From NCBI GenBank assembly GCA_000708835.1, contig DF236985.1:247926-311925 (forward strand): a DNA stretch of 64,000 bases, read 5' to 3'. The DNA comes from Klebsormidium nitens. Taxonomy: Eukaryota; Plantae; Klebsormidiophyceae. Below, piece by piece: positions 14,301 to 26,800 of the stretch (position 1 is its first letter; each line of letters starts with the position of its first letter). The position numbers and the translations under genes were made by a program. Under the pieces are notes generated by a model. That model saw only the letters and a list, made by a program, of their open reading frames with translations. It was not told where the DNA came from and did no database searches.

Positions 14301-15726
14301 CACGGTTCTTCTTAGAAACCATTCCGAGTGCAGGTGGAGATCTCCAGCAAACACTGGAGTCTGATAAGTGAAGATGTGGCGACTTACGGCGGAAGCCGGT
14401 CCGCTTCTTGTCGCTGGCCGATTGCTCCCAGGTGTAGTTTGCACACTTGTGGCTCGTCGACACCTGCTTGGACGCATTCCGCATAGCCTGTGCCGTTCTG
14501 TACGAGTCTGCTCCGGGAGTCACCACGGCAGGCCAGTTTCTCCATTTTTGGCTGTCGTATTCCTCCTGTTTCCGTTGCAACAACTGTCCATCTTTTTGCG
14601 TTCCAGTTGCCTTTGACGAGAGCCGCCTGTCACTGACCAGCTGATCTTCATCTGCTTCCTTCTCTGCATCCTCCTTGGCAGCAAGCCCTGACGGATCTAC
14701 ATGCTGCGCTTGCATTCCTTGCACCGCAATCTCCTCTTCCGATTCCCCATTTGAGCTTCCAGCATGCCACCGGCTCAGCAGGTTCCAAAACACATCTGCA
14801 ACAAATATGATTTTTAGTAAGGACCTTGCAGAATGGACTCTGTCACAGCTGCCATGCAAGATGGGATCTGCAACTTTGGACTGCAAAGCTGCAATCATGG
14901 AGTTTTCTCCTTCACCCTGCTGCCTCAACACTAATAAATTGGTGATCAGTCAACACGTTTGAAAAGAATGTACTTTCATGTGTTGATCAGATTCCAGGAG
15001 GTTTCACTGATCCAATACTTTACCCACGGAGCAAATATACTGACTGTTTTGCGCTTTAGCACTTGTGTTTTGTCGGCGACCTTTTGGGTGCCTGTTGATG
15101 CCTTGGAGAATGAGAGCCTGACTTACCATCTTCTGCAATGGATCCCCAGTGCCAGAAGCTTGCTGCAAAAGTACCACCAAGGGTTTATAGTCAGCCAAGG
15201 TGTCTAAATAGTACCATCGCTTGCAAACTGTTGGAAAGCTGAGACACTTGCTTGTATTTAGAAGGAGTTCCTCTGAGGTGAGGGTTTCTAAGCGTCCTCA
15301 GAGCTCACGCACACCTTCCTGGATCATGCACTAATTGAATCCTGACTGAGAAGCGACTGTGGTTCTCGCTTCCACCAGACGATTATTTCGAGACCAGAAT
15401 CCCTACCACCACATCTCACCTGCTTGGACCTTCTGACTGGCTGCGGGCCTTGCAAAGGAGACGTCGCTGTAGAGTGTCCCCAGAAACACAACACTGAGCA
15501 GAGTGATGGCCCCAAGCCAAAATCTCTGCGATGCAAGCAGCTTTAGGAACTTCGAGCCAGGGGAGTCACTGGCTTTTGTTCCCCGAGGGGACTCGCTATA
15601 AGGTTTTGGCGATGGTCTCTCGCTTCCCCTTGCGCCGGCTCTTATCCGCGCCACCCCCCATGTAGGGGAAGGTGGAGGGATCTCCAACCCCGCCAGACTT
15701 TGCCCTTTCCATAGAGCTTGTTGCAT
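11378..15726 (-). CDS. DUF616 (TOD1/MUCI70-like) glycosyltransferase-family type II membrane protein
   Basis: Minus-strand exons: 15726-15420, 15203-15127, ~14930-14388 (acceptor uncertain), 14149-13781, 13430-13183, 12783-12585, 12197-12004, 11626-11378. N-terminal TM helix FWLGAITLLSVVFLGTLY. Family segments: RPCGVCYLP, PTFGGHPTW..R..SF, VHCGFV, VVVASAIFGAYD, RRNGKVPKLLLHRLFPRARYSLWVDAKL, DVPEGCFILREH, WFNEVDRFTSRDQISF. Confidence 0.9.
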
Positions 15727-18633
15727 CGTCTTGCCGTGATTGTAACGGCACTCTCAGCAGACAACCAGTTCTTGTAGCTCCATCGGTCAGATGTCACCAG
15801 AGTCCGTCTGCAGAGGCAGAAACTTCCTTCCTAAGAACGATGAAGTGAGGATAGCAAGACAGCATCGTGCAAAATCGCTCGTGGGAGATCGATAAAAGCC
15901 AGCTTATCTTTTATGCATTTGTGCAGAGCAATCCATGCACAACGTTTGCAAAGGAGCTATTGCACCATGAATCCATCAACGAGCTCAGGAACTGATTGAG
16001 AAATCTAGAATCACAGCTTGTTCAACCTATTAAAATGATAAAGTGCACGATAATTCGTGAGAATGGAACTCACATCACCTGGAAGAGCTCCCAGCCTGTG
16101 ACACCAAGCTCTTTAAGAGGGATCTTGCAGCTTGATTACAAAAGGAGCCCGGCAAGAACACCTCATGAGGTCTTGGTCTACCTTGCTGCTGTAAAGTCGT
16201 GTTGCGTACAAGTGCAGCAACAAATAGCGCCCTTGAGCTAGTACGAGCCTACCTATGTAATTAGAACTGTCCCTTGTCGTCGAAGGCGGTTGTGAGGCCC
16301 CAACACGGGGTATGCTGAGCTCGACCTCCCATTTGAGCTGCTCCCAAACGAGTGTCCAGCTCATCTATTTATAGAAATAGACGCACCATCGTTTACCTAG
16401 TCTTGAACCTCGAATTTTTCATGTCGGATTCTCCAACGTTGGAAGTCAGGCTTGGAAGAAGGCTGATCATTAAGACTTGACCATCCGAGTCAATTCCGTC
16501 TCGAGGCCTTAGAAGGCCTTAACCGACGACGGTAACAAGTAAGACGGCCGCCATTGCGGCTGGTTACGGTCGAAGACACCTTCATCACTTCACCAGCCTG
16601 GCAACAGATTCAGCTCAGTGTAAACTCTCGTAGGTAGATTGATCCTTAGGCTGCTGGCTGGCATGAATTTACCAATCAAACTTTCACACCAAAGTTAGCA
16701 AGGAGCTGAGTCGGTCAGCGCAACAGCCGTGCATCATCGCGATCACGTCAGCGCAGCTTGCTGAGGTGAGCCACTCACACTGACAGAGTTCGAAGCCACA
16801 TTGGACTTCGGCCCACCGTCCCCAGGCCATGTTGACTCGGACTCTGCCAGGCATCCCGAGACAGCCTGCAGTTGCGGACTGACTACCTCTGACCTCAGAT
16901 ACGGTCAAAAAAACCTCTGGCAGTGGTGGGAGTCAGGAAGGCTCAGCGCACACTTGGAAACTTTGAAATCTCACTGCCTTAATACATAGTACCGTAGCTG
17001 GACTCATACCACCGGTACCCTTTTCAGTGAACTGCGGCCTGGCCGTACGCGGGTACTATTTACCTGCATCCGATTCCCGTGCATGAGTACACCGTGCAAC
17101 CGTGACGGCACTGTCAGTGCTGCACTCTGGCGGTAGCGGCCTACTTAGCCCTAACCGTTCCTTTATTCAACTTTGCAAAATAGCGACCATGACTGTCGGC
17201 GTACGACGCGAAGGCTCGTATTGCCCGAGTGCCTTCGAAGGTCTGGACGGGTGATTGGAAGGGGACCGATGCCAGCGAATCAGCGATGGAACTGAAGATC
17301 CCGGGGTCAAGAGTAGAACCTTGTTTCGAGGGTCACTTGGCCGTTGATTTGAGCAGATGAGTCTCTCGGATGCCAAATCAGTGTTTGAACTTTGGCCGTT
17401 ATGCCGTATGCCACGGCCCCAAAATCCTTGTAGACCGGTCACCGTATGCTACCGGTAATACCTATGCATGGTCCGGGGCCCATGAGACTGCAGCTTCACA
17501 GGTTTCACAGCTTAGTAGCTTACCTATTGATAAGCGTTGGACTGCCATGATTGCAACTTGCCTCACAGAGGGAGCATGATTCCATGATTGCTCCGGAGAG
17601 CTATTTCTGAAGCACGGCAAGAGCCAATGTCCCAGCGTATTGTTAGCTTGTTAGCTTGTGGAACGCACCCAATCTCATTGTTTTCCCATTGTTCTGGAGC
17701 AAGGTTCTGGAACCATCCGAGTGTTGGCCAAATGATACAAATTGCGTGCTCTGGAGTCGGATTGTTGTGGACATGTCCCATAAGAAGCAATATGCGCATT
17801 CTCTCTGACAACGTACTCTTGTATCGTTTGGCAGTGTTTTAGTTTTTTGATTTTAGATGGTTGTACAGCATCTGCGCATGTTCTTCGTCACATGTTGCGG
17901 TGCCATTGTCCATCCTCCCACTGAGCTTGAGTGGTTAAGCTTCTTTTTCTCAAACCTCAGTCGTTTGGAATTTGTGCGCTGCGAAGTCTCATACCATAAA
18001 CAGTGATGATGGTGCCGGTCGGCCCCAGTCTCTTCCGACATCGTTGAAGGGGGAACAAGAACGTACCGTACATGGTTTGTATATGTAGTGTGATATTGAC
18101 AGGCATGTATAGACCATATACTGGCCTGCGATATATGCGTTGCAACATACATAACGTTATATGACCGGAAGAAGATCACGAAAACTACGGTATACAGATA
18201 AGTCTTGGCGTCTCTGCAGTATGGCTGCATCTTGACATCGCAATACAATTTGTCCAATTTTGATCGTTCAAGCGATTCTGACCAGATGCAAACTGCAGGC
18301 CTCCGTGGCCAGATCCGCTCTCATGTAGTGAATCATTTGCAAAGGACTGGCATGTGAAGTGATCCGACACCGTTCAGCGATGATACACGTAATGATCGGG
18401 TGCCGAGATCAATGCCTGCGGGATGAGTGTGCCAAGCATCCAAAGACAGGCCAGAGCTTTGGCTTCATTCATTTATTAAGACCACCACCGAGGGCAACCA
18501 ACCCGGAACACCGTCTCTCAACTGTAATTGGTCAGGTAATTGCATGCTACTTGCGGTTGCACACCGTTCAGGTCCTCAATTCAAATTGATCGTCATTGAT
18601 GATCATAACCTTCTTACATACTTTCCGAGGTCT

Positions 18634-19919
18634 CTAGTCTTGGTAGCCATGTGGAAGGAGTTTCTCTCTTAGTTCTCTACCCGCAGAAGTGACAAAATTT
18701 GCCCCATCGACATAATAGAATCTACCATTTACAGCAAAGGTAGCGAGAGGTCTTTGGGTGTTTGCAGGCCGTACGTCCTTGAGCCGGATCACTTGCTTGC
18801 TTGTGGTTGCTAACCAGGTTAAAGTATGTACCTCCATCTCCTCGGAGCCTTGCCTCCAAATCACCTTGTGGACATACGGGTTGGAAAACCAGTGGAGCAG
18901 CGCAGTAGTACCAGCACCAAAGAGGACCATGGACATTGAAACTACAGTCTTCACAGCTATTGGGAGTGTTGGGGCTGTCCAAAAAGTAATGACTGGTGCT
19001 CCGAGGCAGGACAGAACACAGCTGGAGATGGACAATAGTTTGACTTTCTTCAAAGTTCCTGACATCGAACCGATGTAGACCACGGGCTCCTTGCTCAAGA
19101 TCAGTGGTTGAACACCACTCGACATGTGCCGTTGAAACCGTAAATCTGGCCCCTCCAACTGTCCCCCTTTCTCATGTGAAACTCCCGATCGCTGTCTGGT
19201 GGAAAATGGTAACTGATGGTCTGGTGCCTTGTGGAGAGCCTCAGCTGCGAAACCGACAAGAGGCTGTACGGTGCCACCTTTTGTAAGCTTGCAAGCCTGG
19301 CTGCTCCAGAATGGTCTTGGAAACCCCTCATTGCCTACCAGTTTGATGCCCGTTTGACTGTAGTCTCTGCTCTGGAGAAAAGCTGCGCCGATTATCCCAT
19401 TCCGACGTGAGCCTGCTCCAGAAAACGGATCAAGGGTCAAGTGAGCTGCTTGTGATCATCTTAACTGCAGGTCGTGATATTGCAATAAGCGCACGCTTCA
19501 ATGTTTCTGAAATCAAGACAACCTCATTCATCAAACGCTACAACAAGTGGGCGCGAGATCAACCTCGCATTCAGTAATCGGGTCCATCAAGAATCATGTC
19601 AAAATCCTGCAGTTACACTGCCAAGATATTCAGACAATCCCTCAAATGCAGCTTCGTTCAAATTCTCTTTAACTTGGCATAAGCCAAACATCGTGTAGCA
19701 GAGCAATGCAGCTGCTTGTCAAATCTTACCAGTCAACAGGTCATTGGACGCACGTGTGTGGACCGAGGAACAAGCAGCAATCTCCTGAACGAGCCCCAGC
19801 AGACCTTCACCACAGAGTGGAAGGCTCTCAAAAAGGACAGATCTTTGACTATTCCCATGTCTCACGACTGGGCGCAATAGAAACGGCAGATTCATCTTTG
19901 CTTCTACAGCATTTAACAA
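18634..19919 (-). CDS. TMEM70: TMEM70-family mitochondrial membrane protein (ATP synthase assembly factor-like)
   Basis: Large exon 19445-18634 encodes VKLLSISSCVLSCLGAPVI...GAGTTALLHWFSNPYV...TLTWLA...RPLATF.VNGRFYYVD, with two TM helices typical of the family. Probable first exon 19919-19730 (MLNAVEAKMNLPFLLRPV..., GTAAGA donor, phase 1) joins it in frame, giving 333 aa. The first exon is less certain than the family call. Confidence 0.8.
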
Positions 19920-20827
19920 TCGGAGACTAGCGGCTGAGCTAAACAGGAGAGATTGTATTGTTTGGATTTTAGAGGAACAGTCTCGGCCGGCGCTACTTGG
20001 AAGCCACCTTCATTACTGCAAAACCCTGTACAGCCAAAACCACCAGCGACAATTGTGCGTCTCGACTCTCGACACGTACAGCAACAGATGGCTTAATCTA
20101 TAGGATCGGCATTACTTTGCAGCTTTCCAGGTCCTTCCCACCACAAATTGAGGGCGTGGTTCTCAGCGTCACTGCAGACATGATCAGCATTTCTGACTTC
20201 TGGCTCTTTCTGGTATCCAGCAGCAGAATGGCTAGAGCTGGCCTATAGGCAGCAAGTGAGGTAGAGCAAGATGAGAAGCTCGGTTAACCCCGACGCAGAT
20301 TCTGTGTCAACTCGGATGCCTTTTAGAATCGTCACACCGGTCCGGTGAAAGCTGATCTAAGGAGCCGCTTTCTTGACAAGTACATAAATTACAGTTGAGA
20401 TGAGGTATGGTTTAATAGAGCAGATTAACCCTCAACCAGGGTTCTTTGACAACGGTCAAAAACTGGGGGCATGGCTGCCAATTTCTAGTTTGCATGCGCT
20501 GCATGCGGCAGCCCCTACCAAACGTCGAGAGCTAGCAACGGGGGGGGGCATCAGAACTCCGTCCAACATTGCATTGGGCTTCCTCCTCTCCTCTGAATTT
20601 CGTTGTTCAAACAGCTCCTTTTTGCTGAGATTGATTCTTCGTCCAATGTTGAAAGTGCAATATTGTGCATTTCTTTGATATTCGTGATTATAACCCTTCT
20701 GGAGAGTCCCATGAGACTTGCAGAAGCCCTCCATTGTGTCACAGATCTTCCCTTTGCCATTGTTCAAGCACCAACAAGAGAAGTCCTTTTTGGCAAGTGA
20801 TCAGGAACAGGAAAGCGGTGGTTCAAC

Positions 20828-23800
20828 ATGGACACCTTGGGAAAGAAAGCATGGGAGGTTCCCCCTTCTTCTCCACTCCCAGATGTGCGGGGCGCCAACA
20901 TGCAGTCAAAGAAAAGGGGCCGCAGCAGCTCGCTGAAGGGGCAAGCAATGCTGAAAGAGACGGTGGCGGAAGGAGAGAAGCGCGAGTCCCCTCAGGCTCC
21001 TGTGTCAAAAAAAAGCAGAGGAGCATATGAAGAAGCGGCGCCACCAGAAAGCCCTAGTTTGAAGATGATGGTTGTAGATTTGGTTGTTGAAGATGGGGTA
21101 GCTGCAACGGGGGGAAGGGGGGAAGGAGGGAGACCACCTCGTGCATTGCTGTATGGTCTGACGGCAGAAGGCGAGAGCGTTTGCTGTCATGTATCAGGTG
21201 GGGATGTACGACGGGCATGTAAAAGGAAAGCCCGAGCAAGAGAAGAAATTGTAGACTTTTAGCTTCTTGGCAGTTCCCATCCACCCTTGGTATCTGATGA
21301 GAGTGTGATTGCCTGATAACATACAAAGACAACGAAGTTGATGGGCTACCATCTTCACAGAGGGACATGCATAGGTTTGACTTGATTACTTGTGTTGCCT
21401 AACCCCCGTTTGTTGATCTTTTCTTCTGTTACTCAGCATTCTATGAATGGGGCCCCTCACACTCCCAACTAAAGTAAACACACTTGCACTTGGTATCCAG
21501 AAAGCTGCCAGTCTCCGCGTTAGTAGACACTGAAGGGCTAATCAGTTCAGCATCTCAATGCCCATTTTCAACTTACGTTGACGAAGCTTTCTGTGTGATT
21601 GCAGACTTTACCCCGTACTTCTGGTTTCCTGCTCCAATCAGTCTCCCCAGCCAAGAAGGCGGCGAGGATTGCCCACTAAGCGAAACAGAGCTTGACATCG
21701 TGTTAGAGCGCCTGAATCAGAAGGTTGCCAGCAGTAAGCAGCGCACTGGGTCGAGAGGCGACAAGCCAATCGTGCGACTCACGCAGGAGGACAGAATGCC
21801 TATCATGTACTATCGCCCGAAAGGCTTGTACCCCTTTTTGAAGGTGAGAGAATGAACGTTCTGGTGATAGACCTCCAGTCCAACTGGGAGCTACAAAACA
21901 GTATCCACCCTTCAGCGAAGGTTCGTGTTAGCCTCTTCATCAATCAAAAGCCAGAGTCTGAAGCCCGTCAAAGCCCTACCTTCTGCGCGATGCTTGCTTT
22001 GTGAGTCCTCAAGCGATCAAGTTTTACGTACTTACTTTTATTCAGGTGGAATACTGGCGGAATAAGGACGCTGGTGTCATTGCAAAGGAGCTGTCCCGCC
22101 TGGCATCTGAGAACGCCCTCAAGGAAAGAGGCATTGCATGGAGGATAGGCAGCCCCTGCGCCTATGAAGAGGACATCAAGGTGCGGCGCATACTGCAGCA
22201 TCTCTGCTCCTCTCATTCAAGGCCTTGGCGTCGCTTCTCGGAGCACCACGTACACCTGCTAAACCATCAAGTCGGGCATAGTGGTGGCTGTTGTACGCTA
22301 ATCAGACACTGTATCGTCACTTCCGACTTCAGCTGCTTAGAGAGACGTGCTTTTGCGCATCGGGCAGGTTTCAAACGTGAACCAGTTCCATCTGGGTCTC
22401 GATAGACGTCTTCTCACATTTGTCAGCAACGTCGCCTGTCAATCCTCTTATTGCCTTCTCGACAGGAATACTTAGACACCTGATAATGCCCCAGTAGGTC
22501 GGATCTTATGCAATATGGTTTTCTTAGCAGTGGCGTGATTTGAGTATGAGCTTTGAGAACTTTCTTCATCTGCAGTTTGGCATGCGTTTCATGTGCGAGA
22601 CCAAGATTGCCGGCGGCGCCTGGCTCACAGTCCCGCGCGACAAGCTGGACCCCATTCCCCTCGCCGAGAGGAGGGCCCCCCGGTGCAGCCTCGAGATGAA
22701 CGTGCTGAGCTGGCATGACATCACTGGCCTTACGCCTGACGCAACCAGCGGGATGACATTCGAACACGCACTGCCGGGAAGCGGGACAGCGGGCGCAGAG
22801 TCAGATTCGGCCGCTGCTGCTGACATTGCCGCGGCAGTCCGAGAGCATGACGACAGGGCCTCACTGCTCAGCCCGGAGGACGAGTCGCTTCTGGAGGAGG
22901 GCGAGGGGGCCTTGTCAGAAACAGGAGCGGCACCTCTGAAAGACGCAACTGCATCGGATACTGGAAACCAAACGGGGAGGAAGGGATCAAGTGCGGACAA
23001 GCAAGGGCTGGAAGAGAGTGCGTCAGTCTCCGAGGGCCTAGCGGTTGCGCCGCTCAAGATATTGGCGGTTAACGTACAGACGGCCGGGCGCGGATCTGTG
23101 GATTCCCATGGCAAAGTCGGGCTCGAGCATTCGGCCCCTTCTTCCCAGAGCTCGAAACGGGGTTCGAAGGCAAAAGGCAAGGCCGCCGTGAGCAGCCCCG
23201 AGAGCTCGAAGTCAGCCGCACCTGCAATGACGTCATCCACTGCGACGGAGCTGGAGGTGCTGGAGGGAGTGCCGGGGAGCGACGTGGCAGGAGGGGGGGT
23301 GGCACTGCCTAACAGGGACCCGGTTCTGATGATTTCAAACAGAATCCGACGGTCGGCAGAGCCGGATGCAAAGCAAAAGTTAGTGGTGTTCACGTTCCGG
23401 GAAGGATTCGTGGCTCCGCCAGGGGTGGACGGGCGAGTGTTCAAGACCGAGAGCGAGATGCTACGGGCATGGAAGCGGTTCGCGACCGAAGAGGCGGACC
23501 CTGACGTCATCTGCCTCTTCCAGCTGAAGGAGAGCCTGAGGTGAGAGCAAGCGCAAGCGCTGCGTTCGTGGTGTTCGTTTGGTGCAGTACCAAAAGAGCA
23601 GGCATTTGAAAGTTTTGAAACATTCCTGACGGGACTGGAAGGGCTGCCCCTTTTTATATGTCAAGGATTTGTGCAAAATGTTTGACTCTCGAAGCTCTGG
23701 TTCCGGACACGTTGAGACGTTACGTGTGAAAGCGTTTGCATCCTTGCCCCTTGTCTCGACGCAGCTTCTGTCTCGTCGGCCTCGCCACACGACAAGCATG

Positions 23801-26800
23801 CTTGGCGTCCTCGGGCTTGTCGACATCCACCCCAATTACTTGGTCGAACTTGCAGTCCTCGTACAGCGGTAATATCTCCTGACATTTTCGCGGAAAGGGA
23901 CGCCCGAAAGCCCAGGCGGTTCTACGTTCTGGCGCAACGTCGCCCAAAATGTTCTCAAAGCACACCCCTCGGCACGGCATTTGACTATTTGTCCTTACGT
24001 GCCATACCCATCCTCAAATTTAAGGTACCTGAACGAGCGGTTCAAGCATCTGAAGCTGGGGTCGCTCGACCTGGGCCGGCGTCCCAACAAGGCGCTCGAG
24101 GTCAAGTCGGTGGTTTCGTACGGCAAGAATTGGGTTAAGAACCAGCAGCGGATGACGGCCACGTCCAACCTGGAGACGTACCGGGCGACCGTCGAGGGGC
24201 GGGTCGTGGTCGATATGCTGCGCTCGATCACGATCGCGCACAATCTGTCCACCTTCACGCTGGCCGAGTGCTCACAGGTACGGAACTCTCCCCGGCATGA
24301 GAAAGTCAATTGGAAATGGCGATGACGTAGCAGATGAAGGTTGCCGGCTTCGTTTCGGACAAAGTGGCCTGGTTGGAAGAGCACATCTTTTTCTGGGGCG
24401 AACGTATAATACGGTCGTTCCGCGAATATGAAACATAAATTTTACCCTATGCAAGTCCATATCATCATTCTTTCGAACTTGATTCTGATCCAGCCGGTTC
24501 TCTTAATGTACTCTATTCTGCCCCCTCTTGAGCTCAAGCAACTTCCAAACCTTCTCTTTCCAGATGTAGGATTCAGCTGCTGTTTTTTTCCATCTCTGTC
24601 AAGCGGACTTGACACACTCCGCTTCTCGTTTCCTGGCGCAGGTGTTTCTGGGAGAGACGAAGGAGGTGCTGTCGGCAGCGGCCATCACGGCACTATGGGC
24701 GGGCCGGCACGGGGGCCCCTCTCGGCTGGCCGTCTACTCTTTGCGAGAGGCGGAGCTGGCTTTGCGGCTGCTGGATAAGCTGCAAATCATCACGGAAACG
24801 CTCGAGATGGCTAGGGTAAGGGACCGTTTCTCCACCGATTTGTGCTCGCCTCCTTTCGGATTCAAAGGAGAAGGCAAGATATTCACAGGCGACGATGTGC
24901 GCTTTTTGTAACCCATAACCTCTAACTAAAACACCGCGTATTTGATCTTTTGAACGAAGCAAGGTGGCCTTCGAAGCCGCAAGCATAATGGTTCCTCCTT
25001 TTGCTATTTCCGTATCGTCGTGAAGGCCACGCCCCCAATCTTACCTGTCTTGTGTCTGAAAACGCGGTGCTATCGAAGGAAAAGCCTTTCGATTATAGTT
25101 TGAAGTATGGAAACTGATGTCACGGGGACGCTCGTCCGGCCTGCAGGTGACCGGGCTCACTCTTTCGGACGTCCTGTACAAAGCCCAAATGATCCGCGTC
25201 CAGAGCCTGCTGCTGCGGAGTGCAGGGAAAGAAGGGGGCCTTCTAGGCGGCCCGCCCCTGGGGGGACAACTCTCAGAGAGCCCGTTTCTGTTGCACCCCA
25301 AGGAGAGGCAGACTGCCGGCTTGTATCAAGACCCCGTTGTAAGTGACGGCTTGGGAGAGAACCCACAACGTGCTGGCAACTCAAATTCCCTTGGGAGCTC
25401 TGCTGTGAAAAGTTACTATCATTTTCGGCAGCCCGTTACGTGGATGCGCAAGAGTTACTTTCCTCGATGACTGTGGTTGACTGTCCGTTCGCTGAAGCCT
25501 ACTTCCAAACATAGTTCCAGTAATTTTCGTTATTGTTATCAAGCAGAGCTTAAAAGCAGTAAGCGCAAACTGGATAAAAGGCGTCTGGTTTATTGCACTT
25601 CTGATTCGAACGACCCATTCAATATATTTGCATCCGAAGGGTTACTTCTATGGGTTTTTCTTTTTTCTTCGCAGGCGATCCTGGACTTTGCCAGCCTGTA
25701 CCCGTCCCTGTTCATCGGCCACAATCTCTGCTACTCTACACTCCTTCACCCCGATGACGTGGCAGCGCTGGACCCCACGGACGTCTACACGACGCCCACG
25801 GGCGCGCACTTTGTCCGAACCGCAGTCCGCCACGGTATCTTGCCGCGCATCTGCAGCGCGCTCATCGCCACCCGCAAGCAGGTGCGTGCGTGCTTTTGTG
25901 CTCCGGTCGTTGTACCGATCGTGCAAATGTTGAGGCACTTCTTCGACTCGAGAGGCCTTGCTTTGCATCTGGTGCACAGAAGGACGTGGTGGCTATTGAT
26001 ACTGGAAACCGCGATCTATTGGGGCGTTTATTGGGGCGCCTAGTCTCGAGGTCAGCCCTGCCCTTTGGGGTCCGTGGGGAAAGTGATAATGCTGGATTAT
26101 TCACATATGTCAAATAGACTATTGGCGTCCTCAAGTAGCCTAGGCTTAGCAAGAGACAGCTTCGTAAGAGGGCCCGTCCTTTTTGTACCGTCGCTTTTCT
26201 GGATCGGACCCGCTTAGTCCTCCCCAATATAAACAAGCACGGTTAAAAGAACAGTCTTTTCCCTTCTTATGCAGGCCCGTGACAGGATGGCCGAGCGTGA
26301 CATCACCCCCACCGAGCGCGCGGTCCTGGATGGTCGGCAGAAGGCGCTGAAGCTGTGCTCGAATGCGCTGTACGGCTTCACCGGGGCGCAGGCGTCGCCC
26401 ATGCAGGCCTTGCCGCTGGCCGACAGCTGTCTCGCCATGGGGGCGGCTGCCTGCAAAAAGGCCGTCGAGCTCGTGAACGGGGCCTTCGACAATGGCAAGG
26501 TCAGTAGCAAAGTTTGGCATCGTGGGTCGCTGAACTTCCCGCATCCTTCAGAGGGCTTTGCGTTGTTTGTCTGACGTTCGGGCTCGGAAGCTATGCTTCC
26601 CGATGTTCCTCTTCATTCAGCGGTAGACAACAAACATTGTTTCTTTTGCGTAGGCGTGGCAGTTCGCTTTGGGTTTTCCCTGCCTCATGCCGTTTATATC
26701 AGGATCCCAGGTTTTGCATTTCGGTCAAGAACAAGCTACCCAAGATAGATTCGCAGGCACGTCTGTTTTTGAAGGCTTTCTTGGGTGACCTTCTTTCTTA

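Noticed and set aside
15900-18600. Short ORFs and possible decayed element in the 2.7-kb intergenic region
   Set aside because: No recognisable domain, TIR/TSD or consistent exon chain found by eye; a database search is needed.
22566-23510. 314-aa minus-strand ORF
   Set aside because: Antisense shadow of GC-rich exon 4 of the polymerase gene; S/A-rich with no independent features.
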